This document shows positions 27,441-63,459 of a stretch of DNA of 64,000 bases, in pieces (the stretch's first letter is position 1; every line of letters begins with the position of its first letter). The notes beneath the pieces were generated by a model. It had not been told where the DNA came from and did no database searches. It was given only the letters and a program-made list of their open reading frames with translations. The translations under genes and the position numbers were made by a program. Source of the DNA: Tubiluchus corallicola (Eukaryota; Animalia; Priapulida); NCBI GenBank assembly GCA_030141605.1, contig JAQGDQ010000710.1, forward strand, positions 1-64,000, read 5' to 3'.

Positions 27441-28249
27441 ACGCCTATACTAACGTACGCCAAGTAGTAGATGTACTGTTTTGAAAACGCTACCTGACCA
27501 GTGACCACGTCACTTTATGCTAATTGATTAAAATTTAATGTCATAAACGATCATCCCAAACTTAATGAAATATTTAAGCCTACATAATTTGCAGCAATAT
27601 TGTTTTTATTAACTTAAAGAATAAAGCTCCCCAGCAAAACCGTATCTGCATAGCGAATGCGGAAGGCGTTGACAATTCACCACACAATTTAAATACACTA
27701 ACTCTAATCTGCTTCACGAACTAATTTCTTGTGTGTGGGGAATTGTAAACTTTAGCTGGGAAAATTTGTGTTTTTCATTGTTTTAATGACAAATTTTATT
27801 CTTGCAACTAACAAACTAATTCATTTTTTGACGATTTACAAGCCATACAATTATAATTGCAATTACAAATTACAAAATATTTCATAAACAATGCAGTACA
27901 TTACAATGAGGAAAAAAACTACTCAGACAAAACCTCGCACATGGGGTATAATCGTCAACACAATACACAATAAAACACAGTAATAATAATAGTAAGCAGC
28001 GGTTAAATATTACAATTACATTATATTATGTTAAGTTATTTTACAAAGTTTAGTACACAACGAATTTTAGAATTGCAATTACATCTTCCAACAAATTTAT
28101 ACTGTAGAAACTAGTATTATATTAAAATTACATTTTACAAAATGGTAACATACATTTAAAGTGAAGCGTTAGAATTATTGTATATAATGAACATCTTACA
28201 CTATTAAATAAAACAACAGGTAAGCTCAATTTTGTAAATTTCGTTTTAT

Positions 28250-29050
28250 AAAACACTCAGTAATGTATCTTGACACTAAATTTGTCATTTCAAAATCACA
28301 CTTCTTAGCAGCAAAGTAAATTTTTGGTTCATAGGTAGATTAATAAAAGCAGGAAAATTTTTCGCAATAGAACTGAATAAACATAAATCATAGTAATTTT
28401 TACAGTCAAGTACAAAATGCATATACAATATTACAATGCATTATCAATTACAATATTTACACATTCGATTGTTAACAGGTATTTTGGGTATACAACGTCG
28501 GCCTTTTTCTATATACAAGTTGTGAGAACTGATACGCAGTATAGTAAAGTTCGATCATAGTACATGATTATGTATAAAAAGAAGATACTTTTCGGCTTCA
28601 ACTTCTTGCTTAAATTTTGTATAGTTTCGTAGTTTATGAGTTTCGCCTGTTTTGCCCGTTTCTTTTGTAACACATTCCTTCCAGTAAATTCTATAATTTG
28701 TTTGTAGTTTCTCCTTTAAAGCATGTCGAAAAGGTTAGGTTTGATCGACCCCTTGCTGTTCCCAAATATGAGAAAAGCCCAAGTGACGTAAAATATTTCT
28801 TGCAAATTGTAACCAACATCCCGTATTATGGCTAAGAAGATTTTTATTTTTTTCGTAGGTTTGGTGTATTAATGCATTTTGTGGAGAGTTCAGTATTTTA
28901 AGCCAGTATTTTATTGTCCTAATTATTTCGTCCACATATAGAGTGAAACGACACGCTCTCCCCTGACTGCATGTTTAACGGAAAATATATTGACTCCAAG
29001 AGCGAACTTACGTAACTTTACGTTAAGTAATTCCATGAATAAATCATCGT
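28250..29050 (-). mobile_element. Decayed non-LTR retrotransposon 3' region with C-terminal zinc knuckle
   Basis: Minus-strand remnants IKYWLKIL...WLQFARNIL..LGFSHIW, KLRNYTKFK...EKYL, LRISSHNLYIEKGR...NRMCKYCN...HFVLDCKNY, a typical LINE ORF2 C-terminus. Confidence 0.75.
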
Positions 29051-30593
29051 ATATATTTTCATTGTAATTTCATTATACTGCTACTATTAAACGAGAAGGG
29101 GGACCAACACTCTGAACAAAATCTACTTTTATTTTTAATAATTATTAAAATTTTATATTAATGTCTATGAGTCTTGTAGAGACATCTGTATCACGCGACC
29201 GACTTGTCTTATCTTGTCTTGTTATAATGGCCACCTTCATGTTTTGCGAGATTTTGTCTCCGGAAGTAAAATTTTGCAGTAAAATGGTCTTTGTCTTGTT
29301 TTAGCTGGTTATAGTTTACAATTTAGGGTAAATTGTTTTTCGAAATTGTAATTAGGATTTTGGGACTAATTTTGCATTAGTTTGCATTGTTGTCATGTAT
29401 ATATTGACACGAGCTAATTTAGATTGTTAGACAACAAGAAAGCAACACCGCTATAAAAATAGTGAAGGAAATTGCGGGAATTTAAACAATGTGTTTAAAT
29501 AAAAAAATTTAAATCAGTACCTTAATTTCCATAGCAAAGGTCAACGGAAGGTTCAATTTGACTAATAGATTTATAAAGTAACAAAAAAAAAATCAAAGCT
29601 GGGGATTTGTTTGCTGAAAAAAACAAAATGGACTTACATCACAATTAGTAATATGATATAACAAATACAGTTTATAAAGTTAAAAAGTACTGACAAAACT
29701 AAAAATTTTAGCAATGTATGTCAAAAATAAAACAATAGACTTCGAAAAACGCCACATCGTTTTTTGAATTTACAGTAAAAATTAGCACGAATGTAATTCG
29801 CTTCATTATTCGGGAAGCAACACAAATTGATTATGATGTAGAAAAGAGAATGACCATTTCTAATTCACTAATTGAATAATCGAGCAAACCAAAATGATGA
29901 ACTGTCACTTGTGATATTTGCTAAGTAGTGTATTGGAAGTATTTGAAAAATGTTTAGATGCGGATATAGTCTTAAGCGCAAGCTCATAAGTTTTAAATTG
30001 CAAAGCTTGTACGTAATGCTAATACTGTTAATTACGAAACTCTTAATAGCAATTTAGACTGTAAGCAATTCATACTATCTATTTGAAAACTCATACTCTG
30101 TCAATTCATTTTGTTTAGGTATGTATGTCACAATGTAAAATGTCCATCCATTACATCACGTATTAACATCATTTCAATTTATTGAGAATTCTTACCTTTT
30201 TCTATGTATGGGCTTGATTGATAGAGCTTTTGTTTTGCAATACTGGCGATTTTGATAATACAGCAGTACAATACAATGTCATTATTTTTTGTAATTGGAA
30301 ATCGCGCAACTATTAGAGTAAGTAATTTTTCCGAAAAGACAGTTTATTATTTACTTAAATCTATTTAACGCGTAAAATTTAGTATTGTAATCGTATTGTA
30401 AAACTTGTAGCCTATCTATATAGGTCTCGATATAACAAGTTAACTAAAATACTGAAAAAATGGAAATTGCTTCAAACGGGCTTCCAAAGGCCACAAAAAA
30501 GTCCGATAAGTTCTAAAACGCAGCACTGCATTGTAGAATGCCCACCGAATGCGCGTTATTTCGTTACATAGACTCAAAAAACTGCTGTCTAAA

Positions 30594-30870
30594 GACGCGT
30601 TCAAGCTACGGCGTTCTCTCACAAGTTCTTGTGCAAGTTCTCTCTGAGTGTAAACTTGCAAATGTGAACGGCTGGGCAAGTTCTATCGCAAGTTATTGCG
30701 CAACAACTGTCGCTGAGTTTGCAATAACTCGCGAGAGAACATGCCAAGTCACTTGCTAGCTTACTCTCAGAGTTTTGCGCAAGAACTTCGAGAGAACTTG
30801 CAAAGCAATTCACGCTTACGAGTTTACTCTCAGACAGAACTTGCCAAGCCGTTCACACTTGCGGGAGAAG
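30594..30870. mobile_element. MITE family A, copy 3 (longer, right end unclear)
   Basis: Begins gacgcgttcaagctacggcgttctctc and carries the same self-complementary motifs (caagttctctc/gagagaacttg, gtaaacttgcaaatgtgaa/ttcacacttgc, agtttactctcag) as 3566-3747. Confidence 0.6.
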
Positions 30871-32444
30871 CGCAATAAAAACGGGAGAATTTTTTTTACT
30901 AGAGCTGCAACGATTAGAGAAATAATCTGCAACGCAGACATGAAAACCTTCAGTTCAAAACTGTGATTACTTTCATGTAAAAATAATAAATTTGTACGCA
31001 AGATTACTAAGAAACTAATTGCTTTTGTTTTTACAATAATAACGCAGTCAGGAATTAAGCGCAAAATACACAGAAAGACGAAAAGCTCAACGTGATTACT
31101 CGGATTGATATTTTACGATTTTTGTTCCTCGGATTTTTGGAAAAAACCTAAAGAACGCGGAGGACTCAGCAGTGTTAACTTGACTACTTCACTGGAAAAT
31201 CGCCTACAAGAAAATTTTCGCTTATTGGTATCTATAACAGTTCAATCTTGCACAATGTTGGTATTTCGAACATTTATTAAATATTTGCAGAGGTTTTCAA
31301 TAGGTCGTCCTAAGGCTAACAGTGCTCATGCAGGCCTAACTACTTTGACAAATGTCTGTATTTATTACCAGGGCCGTAGGCCAACGTCTACGGGCCTGTC
31401 GGGATAAGTGTCCCGCAATAATGTACAAATATTATGTTTCCAAAATATACTTTTCTGAAGAATTCTACTTATGCAATACCATATTTTCAAAAAAAATGGG
31501 TGGAATTCTTGAGGAAACCCGCAAAATGGATAGACAGCCATGCGCATAACAGCCCATTCATTTCCTGACCAGAGTCAAGTTGTCAGATTTAGTGGGATTG
31601 AAGACTCATGTTAAAAGAACCCCACCACCCCCCACACACCGCTACCACCCCCCCCCCCCCCCACACACACACACGCGGGCCTGCTTTTGGCATCCCAGTA
31701 GCAGGCCATACTTTAAGCAAGTAATGTAGACGTAGTTATTGGAAACATCACAACAATTCAATTTTTCAATTTAAAATCACACATATTTTGTATATAAATA
31801 ATTTCATTGCCATTTACATATCGGGAAGACATTAAGAGCTTTCTCGTATCACGTTTAGCTGGGCATTCTCCACAAAGTCAGAGGTGTTGCCGGAGGTTCA
31901 GAGACCGATATGTGAAGCTTAGATCAGAACAGTCTACACTTGCAGTTGCTAGTGGAATATTGCTCATGTTTACCGTAATTCCAGTGCGTAATACCATCCG
32001 AATGGACTACCATTACACCCCCTGTTTACCTACCTTTGCTTTGTCCTATATCTCATATACCTTAGATAAGAGTCAAAGTATATTGATTGAATTGACGGAT
32101 ACGATGGCATTTGTTATATACAAATACCCGTGCACTCTACGCATAGCATACACAGAGGACAAGTTCGAAAGTTAGTGCACGATACTATGCAGTTGATGTT
32201 ACTTTTGTAACTACTAGTGTTCGTGAAAACAACGCTAGTTATGTAATATATCCTTTAAAAGTGTTATAGTCATAAAAACGTTGGCAATTTAACAAACGAA
32301 AATTGGACCACGGGGCAAATAATATGTTATTAATGCCTTGCCTTGAATGTAGTTTTTCAAGTGTTTAAAATTATACAAAAAAAATTAAAGTAAGTGTTAC
32401 AAACGTGAATCCGTGAATCTATTTCTGACTTGTCATAATAAAAG

Positions 32445-49760
<17,316 letters not shown>

Positions 49761-51167
49761 TCATAACTCTTTGTTTTAAATGCCCGCGTACTAAGTGAAA
49801 GATACAAATGAAATAGGTATTGTATATAGGTGATAACGATCGCAGTTTTGTAGATATATGTCTCTGTTTATCGAGTGTGAACCTTGCCTAACCAAAACGA
49901 GGAAGTCAACGTCCCAGTTATCGTAATAATTATTGCAATTACAACTTTGTTATAATTAATGTTGTATCTTTGAAATAATTAATTTCCTACTACAAATAAG
50001 GACAAGTCAACCTAAATATATACAGTTATTGATATATTTGCTTTGTATACATGTATATGGCTGTGTTTTGCTATTTTCTTGGTCATCAATTTGAATATGT
50101 CAGATATCTTATGATTTACTAACGACGTATTTTTTATTCAGGGTAACTGGAAAAAAGGAAGGAAATGAGATTTGCTTTTCGTTGTAACTGGAAAGAAAGA
50201 AGGAAGTAGGACTTGTTTTTCGAGACAGCCAGTCAAAATTTTGAGAAAAATTGCGCAAGCACCAACTAAAACATTTTTTTAACTAAGAAAATGCACAATG
50301 CTTATAAGAAAGGGCACCAATTCATGGTGATAATCGCCTTTTGTTGGAACACATAAGAAATGGGCCTTGTAGTTTGAAGATAGTGGAAAAATGATTTGGT
50401 ATTTTATCCGGATTTGTTAGAAAACTTATATTTTAAGAAATATACCTAGGAGATACTAAAAAGTGATTCCCCAATGATGCTGTAGTAGTTGCTGTTTAAG
50501 ACAGGTTAGATTTTCCAATTTTTAGTATACTTACACGGCATAAGAGCCGCCTGGCGGCAGCTTGAGATGGAAAATACAGCATATTTAAAGAGCACAATAT
50601 TTCGACAACTTTTAGCGGAAGCATGTCGGCCTGTTTCAGTCTTGCCCAATTTGTATGGAGTTTTGTGGTTTTGTTGTAAAAAACTATGATTAATTCAACG
50701 TATATGAATCAAGTTAATGATTACCATATAGCAGTTATTACAAATAAATCCTTTGTGTAAAATGATATCTATCAACATTTTGCCACGTAGTTAGCATTGC
50801 TTGTATGATTCGCTAATTTGACGTCCCATTAAATTTAGTCACATAGGCACTGAGTAACAAAAACAAGTTATGGTGTAAAAAATATAAAATATTCACCAAG
50901 TTGAAATGCTGTCTTTCATTAAACATATTTTTTATATTTATTAAAACATTAAACTTCATTTATCTTTCATTCAAGTCATTCAAAACAATTATGTAGAATA
51001 GGACTTAGAATTCTTTATACTGAATTAGTACAAGCAGCATTTAATAAGCCTTTTAAATGAAGGTTCGATTATCTTGATTGAGGATGCATAAAATTTGCAC
51101 AGAATCATCATTATTAATAAGTGATTAAAATCTCTATTTACTAATAATTTTCAAGTCGTTGTCGAGG

Positions 51168-54100
51168 TTACTTTTGCTTTTTTGTTGGCTTCGTAGCCAC
51201 TTTACGAGGATCTACTAAACGATGAGGTGACGCTGCCGCTCTTCTTCCGTGAGGAGCGGGTCGATCTGCCAACCGGAGCATCCGTCTCATTTTACCTGTA
51301 GGAAATGCAAAGGAATAGCCAATTATTCTCATAACAACGGACCAGAAGGTGTGTAGACCCTGGCAACGTACGTACGGTGTAGGCTGAAACTTGAGACCCA
51401 GGGCACGCCCAATTTTTTCCCATTTTTTTATATCGCTTTGATCATTTTGTCATGCCCTGCAGGTTGAAAAATCCATTTCCGTTTGGTTTTTGACGCATAA
51501 TTAAAGGAAAACGTGATTACGCGATCATTTGTTTTAATTATTTTAAATAATAAAAAATAAGACGAGATTAGATAATATAGGATAAGAGTTTTAAGTAAGT
51601 ACTTACCTACTAATCCAGGATATATGGTGTCTATATTTTCTAGATACGGCGTAAGTTCGTTTACGTTGTTTTCATTCTTTGTTATTAGCATTAAGATATA
51701 AGATGCTCGAGGTTGAAGGACTGTTGATGCCAAATCTAAACTAGGTACGTCACATATACCTTTGAGACCGCCAGCTTCGTCACATAAATCAAATCCCACT
51801 GAAACAGGCAGAAATAAGTTTTCATATTACTGTATAAGCCAATGACACATTTTCGACTGAAGTTAAAGCAACTAAACTGTCACGCGCGTGTCAGGCTCAT
51901 TCATTTTCAGGCAAGTCAACTTTTCGACATCTTTTGAATTACTGAACCTGTTAATCAGCAAAAAGCTTTATGAAAGAAATGTAAATTCCACAGACGATAA
52001 AGAATGGTTGTTGAATTTACATAGTATGTTTATCGCCCATATGCAACAAATGTCATCGACAGGTTGAAACTTCAGAACGTTTTTTGTGACATGTACTGCA
52101 GATAATAACATACGTTCAACTTTTCTTACTAAAGTCGCTTCCCTTCGTCAACCTTATACAAATTTTAATGCTTGTTCCATTAGATAAGTATTGTAAGCTC
52201 CTGCTTTGTGGATCTAATGATCTCTCTGACTCTGTTAATTATGTGCTTATGGTTGAAGCTCAGATGTATCCTCGAAAAGGCAAATTTAGCTATAATAGTT
52301 TGTTATGGGACGTTTTTCTTTTTGTTAACTATGTCACTGTTATTAATCTTGTCCAATTTATGCCTGAATAGTCGTATTATTTTTGTAGCTTATTTTTTAA
52401 GCTGCTTATTACTGTCCGATTTATTACAATGCCCATTTGTAAAATAGATAACGTTCTTTTTATAATTGTAAGTGTATCTTATTTAACTGTCTGTAGTGGG
52501 TGGGAGTGGGTATTAACATTTTTATACTTATACAGAAGAATCTTAAGGTAAGCAACTTGTTGCTTTATTGATAATTCAGTATATTTAAATAAATATGTTT
52601 ATACAGAAAAACATAGTTCTCGTAAAAGTTTTGTTGATTAACAAGTTCAGCAATTTGAAATAATTTTTTATTTTATTTTCTTATTTTTTATTTAAAATTC
52701 ATTTCAGCACATAAAAATGCTATATAAATGTTAAAATTTAAACTAGAAACTAAGAAATACTACATGTCATGCACTATTAAAAGAGCTACGACGATTTACA
52801 AAAATGTAATAGAAATATAAATACAAGGCATCAGTTAAAAAAACCAGCGGTTTCCACAGCAATAAATTATGTCATCTTCTAAACATTCTACTATAAAATC
52901 GCAAATCAGTTTTGTGGTATATATAATTCACAACAAAATTTGCGGACCCAATCATTCTTGTTCTTAAACTATACTCAGATGACGCAAAAGTAATTTAAAA
53001 TGTTTTATATTATTTTCTGTACATATTGTAGAAGATGACGTATCATAAGCATAACATCTAAAAAACTTGTGAAGAGCAATGTTGTAAGTGAAACTGATCT
53101 TGGTTAAACTGCATACTTTGAAATTAACCCATAAGTTCATTATACTGTAGTTATTTCACATTTGATAAACTTTTGTACTAGAATCAGAACTAATCTATTA
53201 CAAAAATCCCAAGTCCGCGAGTCGAAAACCTTGCAAATAGCAAGTTAAGCTGGTAATGCCTGTCATATAGAAATGAATAACGCATTATTAATTTAACAAG
53301 TAAATTTTAACCATGATATTGTTTTATGTAAGATATGGACAGTTATTGTCGATTATGCGCAAATACTGTTATCCCCACTTTACTTTTCTGGGACTTTGTT
53401 GCATACATAAAAGCATAATTTTTCTAATTATTCGTAATGTTAAAGATAGTAGGCATAGTTTAAATAATAAATCATTATGTATAGGTCATCCGCGCCATTG
53501 TACAACAATGTGCAGTGTGTAATATTAAGATACTAAAGATCAAATAATACCGTCAGGCTCTATCTCCAGTTTTTCTCTTATGTAGTTTACGAAGTTTATT
53601 GCAGCGCAGTTAGGGTTCACCAGTAATTGTTCATCGGCTAGAATAAAAAACTGTAAAAAATAATGATAACTGTTTGTGGTCGTTCTAAGCGATATCGAGC
53701 AAGGTGCAAAAAAAACAAAAAATTACACCATCAACTCCCTGCTAACAAGGTTCACTGAATCATTTATGCATAAACTAGTACGTGTGACATGAGGGATACC
53801 TCAGTATGACCAAATCCATCGAGTAGGAGTAATAAGTATGAAGCTACGAATAATTAAACAGTGTAAAAAATTAAAAGTAAAACTTTTGAAACTGGACTTG
53901 CGCAACTCTAATATTTGCATCAGTGCAAGAATACATTGTGGGGCGTTCTAGGGATAACACACCAAAGGGTAGTGGTAAGCAGGCAACAATTCACAAAAAG
54001 GTAAATTTGTAGTGATGCTCTCCACCCACGATAATGAGTGCACTGAAAAGCAAACTTTCTTACGCAAAATAATTTGAATGAATTCACAGCTCATTAGTTT

Positions 54101-54399
54101 TACGATTAGTACAACAAAGTGTGCATCTGCTGAGTTTAACACCCATGTAAGTTTAGGAATTTCATATTAAGAAGATAATTATAGAAAATAACTCTTGACA
54201 ATGGACACGAACTTCTAGTCTCTTTACAAAAAAACGAATAGCAGCCAAAAACCACGCGGAAATGTTAATCAAACCATGCATTGCCTGTAACACTCACGAC
54301 TACTGAATAGAAGAGAAAGTGGTTTCTTTAAAACTGCATTTCAGTACATAACAGTAAAATAATAACGCGCTTACCTCCATATCGAATTGTCACAAACAT
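51168..54399 (-). CDS. C22orf15/CXorf65-like uncharacterized protein, ~143 aa
   Basis: Minus-strand exons 54399-54375, 53637-53551, 51798-51607, 51295-51168 splice in frame to MFVTIRYGADEQLLVNPNCAAINFVNYIREKLEIEPDVGFDLCDEAGGLK...ASTVLQPRASYILMLITK...YLENIDTIYPGLVGKMRR...KPTKKQK*. The MF...G..Q.LVN.NC, DLC..G and LEN.D..YP.L pattern plus a basic tail match the C22orf15/CXorf65 family as I recall it. Confidence 0.8.
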
Positions 54400-55705
54400 C
54401 CTTACATCAACATATTTGACAATTTTAATTTTTCCACACCAGTTTGAACAGAGTTGTAGGCCTCAAGCGAACTTAATTCACATTTTAATTTATTACGTTA
54501 CAGATATGGAATGCATTGTTAAACGTTTATTTAATACTGACTATGGCTATGTATTAGCCGAGCAAAGTACCTGTGTTTACCGTTCACGCCTGTATAACGC
54601 TCAATTTGCCCGATTAGAAGTACGACGGAGTTCGGAAGGCAGTTGTCTACCGGCTCTTATACACTCCCAGCACGTTCTTAAAATATTTCTCTAGATGACC
54701 TTTAAAGCTGACAGTCCGTTGTAAACTTGAGACTGTTTTGACTTTCATTTTGATTATTGATTTTAATAATGATAATAGTTCTGTATTACTGAAAAGCTAT
54801 AATATCAATCTATACTAGTACAAACAACAGCCAGAATATTGAAATAAAGAGATAGCTACGTCATTATAACGAGATATCGTTATAACGAGGTAGCATCTCG
54901 TTATAACCAGATAGCTGTCAATATAATGAATTAGCTTTTTCTCAAAAAACAAATTTACCACTAACGTAGCTCTGTACACTTGTGTGCTGTTTAAATTTTT
55001 AAGCATCCTAAGTTAAATGTTTAAATTATCCTAAGATCGAGCGTCCTATAGTCAATTCACAATGCGGGCATTGAGATCCCTAACCGGGATGACAACATGT
55101 ACATCGACAATATTCAAAAAGTTCAACATTCACTTTGTGTTAATGCCAACGTTAAATTGAGCAATGTGTGAAACGTCAGAGTAGAGTGTACATAGCCGAA
55201 TGTGTGTGGAAGAACAAATTATTATGCAGTTTTATTATACGAATAAAATCAAAACAAAGTATTGGTACTTATTGTCATGAAAAACTGTAATTAACAACTA
55301 ATAAACAAACTAAAGATATAGTTAGTCAGCAAGAATGCATAAGTCGGAAGTTCTAAATAAATATTTTAAGGATTCAATCCTAGTGTTGTCGACGTTGCGT
55401 AAATTTTAATCAAAACAAATAAGTAAAACACTAAATGACCGTCATGCTATTTTGAAAGTATATCCGACATAAACACTGACTGACTTACAAAAGTTCATTA
55501 ATAAATGTTTTACTATTTTGACAAGAATTCAAGACACGAGTCAGTCTAAATACTCAATGAATAAAAGAGGCTGTGCTAAAAACTACTTTAATGCATAGGC
55601 TTTCTATATAAATATTGAAACATTGGGGTAGAATTTTTAAAACAATAAAATATATAAATCTTTATCATAAGCTTCATATAAACGCGACATGACACATTCA
55701 CAAAA

Positions 55706-60566
<4,861 letters not shown>

Positions 60567-62756
60567 TTGAAACGGTTATCTTGTTATATGCGAGATCTTT
60601 TGCAAGGATCTGACATTATTACTAAAAATTCAACTTAAGAATCGCTTCTTCTTCTGTAGAAGGATGCGATAGTGAAATTTGTAACCACGCTGCAAGACCA
60701 ATGAGTTATGACGCAATAAACATAGTCTAGCTGATAAGTTGCCACGCGTTTAGGCCGAATCCGTTGCTGTGGTAAGTACCTACCGGTATTATTACGTTTA
60801 ACAGGAATACTGACATTTTTATGCATGTCCATAATAAAAGAAATGCATGGAAAGTGGTAACGAGTAATAGTTTAAGTTAGTATTATAATTATGCATATAA
60901 CACAAAAGAAAATTCTACCTTGAATTTTCTACGCATCGTTAAAATCGTATATATTAATTTCGGTGGTATATATATATATATATATTTCTAATTTACAATA
61001 AATGCATAAAAAAGTTATTTTCGCTGCCTTACGATTGTAGTGATAGACAAAAGTGCTTAAATTTGAGTATTGCATATTTTGATGTTTTAATAAGAGAAAA
61101 GTATATATAATCAAAAAACGCAACAATAATTTTATATGTAATGGAATTTTAAATTCTGATGTTTTTGTTCTATCTAAATTGCACAATAGATGGAAGCAAG
61201 TTCTACTCAGTATAAACTATTATAATTCATGAATATTTACTAATAACCATTGTATTTTTTAATTTCCACTAATCCTGAAATTTTATTAAGTGTACAAGTT
61301 CAAAGTAAATTATTTTTATGTAAATTTTAAGTACATATGTATTACGTGTGTTCTATGAACTTTTAGTTCGAAAATAAATTTTTACTTACTTACTTACTAT
61401 ACACCAGTAACTATGTGTTATGTGGCAAGTAGGTTTAGGTTTAAAACTAAGAAGCAGTGCTACACAAATCATAATGCAAATTAAAAATGACAGATTAATT
61501 TGTGTGTACAATTCACTATATTTTAATAACGGATATACCAATACATTTATATAAGTCTCAGGTTCTAAACGTCAATTACAATAGAAAAAGTAACCATAAC
61601 ATAAAAAATTACAATACAAAACACAGTTTACGTAAATTGAGTTGGCAACTTTGAAACTAAAGAAACTTACATTCCTGGATTTTCTGACCATCAGTCTGGT
61701 AAACACAAATACCAAAATAAAAATTTTTGGCGAATAATCAAAATCCAAAAAATCCTTAAATAACTTTCTTTACTAATATATTCAATACTAGCAGAAACAA
61801 ATCACAACTTTTTGTAAACATTGCGTATAATGTCTTTAGAAACTCATACAAGAACTACAAAAACATACAATTTATATAATAAATATGGAGCTAGCTTATG
61901 GAAATAACAGTTCTTACTCTCTTAACAGAACACTTTGAAAAACAAAAAGGTGATTTAGCTTACAAACTAAAACTTGACCACTCACAACCCAAATGCAACA
62001 AAAAGCGTGATGCCAGTCTACTATAAATTTACGATGTGGTTTTTATTAATCATACTATAACAGAAACCAGGAGCAACTGCTCAAAGAAATTACAAGTTCA
62101 GGCACTACGCGAAAAATATGGAGCGGGCCTTCTAGCTACAAATATATCACTGACAAAATGGTACAGCTAATAATACTGATAATAAATTTAGGTGTCAAAT
62201 TAAGTACTAACTATCTTGAAAGGCAACAATGGAAGCTAATAAAATTGACACACTTTACTTACACATACCTTCTACATTGCACATAACCCAGATAAATGCC
62301 AAAAAGCCACCATGTTAACTAAATCATTTTTCTTCAAGTAATATGCTAACAGAAGGAAGCCGTACATTGGAATATGCCAAGAAAATTAAAAAATATATGA
62401 ATATGTCTATCACATCAATACCATCCACGTTTGCATGCGTTACTATAGTTTACAAAAAAGGAAATTATTAATGTTTCCTTACTAAACCTGAGTCTCCAAA
62501 GCACACTGCACTATGTGTCTTTTTGAAATCAATAATTAGCAAATAACGGCTCTATATATACATGAGTTTTGTTAAGAAAAAATAAAATTTCTTTCAGTTA
62601 AACTGTTGACTATAAACACTGTGTGAACCAAGTAGGCTAAAATGCATACAATTAATTATTATAATCTTAATGTCAAGATTATTATTCGTGATGGTACAAA
62701 CCCACAATTAATCACATTTTGATACCAAAGTTGAAATTAAAAAATGTCAAAATGTT

Positions 62757-62833
62757 GAATACAGCATGGAATTGAACCAGGGACCTTCTGTTTACAAGAC
62801 AAAAATGCCTTAGAGCACTAGGCCACAATGTTC
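62757..62833 (-). pseudogene. tRNA-Thr-derived pseudogene or SINE head
   Basis: The minus strand has A-box-like TGGCCTAGTG, anticodon arm tttgt-CTTGTAA-acaga (TGT) and B-box GGTTCAATTCC, but the acceptor and T stems are broken and the D-loop GG is missing. Confidence 0.5.
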
Positions 62834-63459
62834 CCTACTGACCAAATGCAGTCCGGAATTCAACCAAAGTTGAAAAACCAGCTATAAGGGATGTACTTCG
62901 AACTGACTTGGTCACTGGGAAATACAGTTGCCCACTGGTCAAAGCATGTGGGCATTCAAATCCATTCTATATTCCAACTTACACATTTCCTGTCTTACAA
63001 GTTTACTCAAAATTTAATTCATCGTGGGCTTGTGTACACAGTTTACCAACTGATCTATTCACCCCAGTATCTTTTTGCTTGGAAGTGAAATCAACTTATC
63101 TGGGCCACCCGATCTGGTTACTAATCACTGATTTCATCAACAAATAAACAGGGATATTCAGAAATGGGAAGAACAGGAACAACGTAACTAATAACTGAAT
63201 CCGTTAACAAGACAACACTAAACATTTAATGATGAACTATTAACACTAAATCTAATCAAATTTACTGGTACGTTAATATGTACAAGTACACATTAATAAA
63301 ACACAAAATAAATTTCACAGAGCATTTCCTCTTAAAGTAATAAATTCACAAGCAACCTTGTGCTTACTATATTATTTTCATTGCAAACATTTGTATGATA
63401 ATGACTACATATGGTCAGTTGCTAGTATAAAACGAGATTTATGTTAGGATATGCCTACC

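Noticed and set aside
31807-32175. 122-aa ORF upstream of SLC13 paralog 2
   Set aside because: Non-ATG start, no recognisable domain or splice context. The opposite strand has faint resemblance to a decayed LINE endonuclease region, too weak to call.
62757-62833. Functional tRNA-Thr gene
   Set aside because: Acceptor and T stems do not pair properly and the conserved D-loop GG is absent; kept only as a pseudogene or SINE head.
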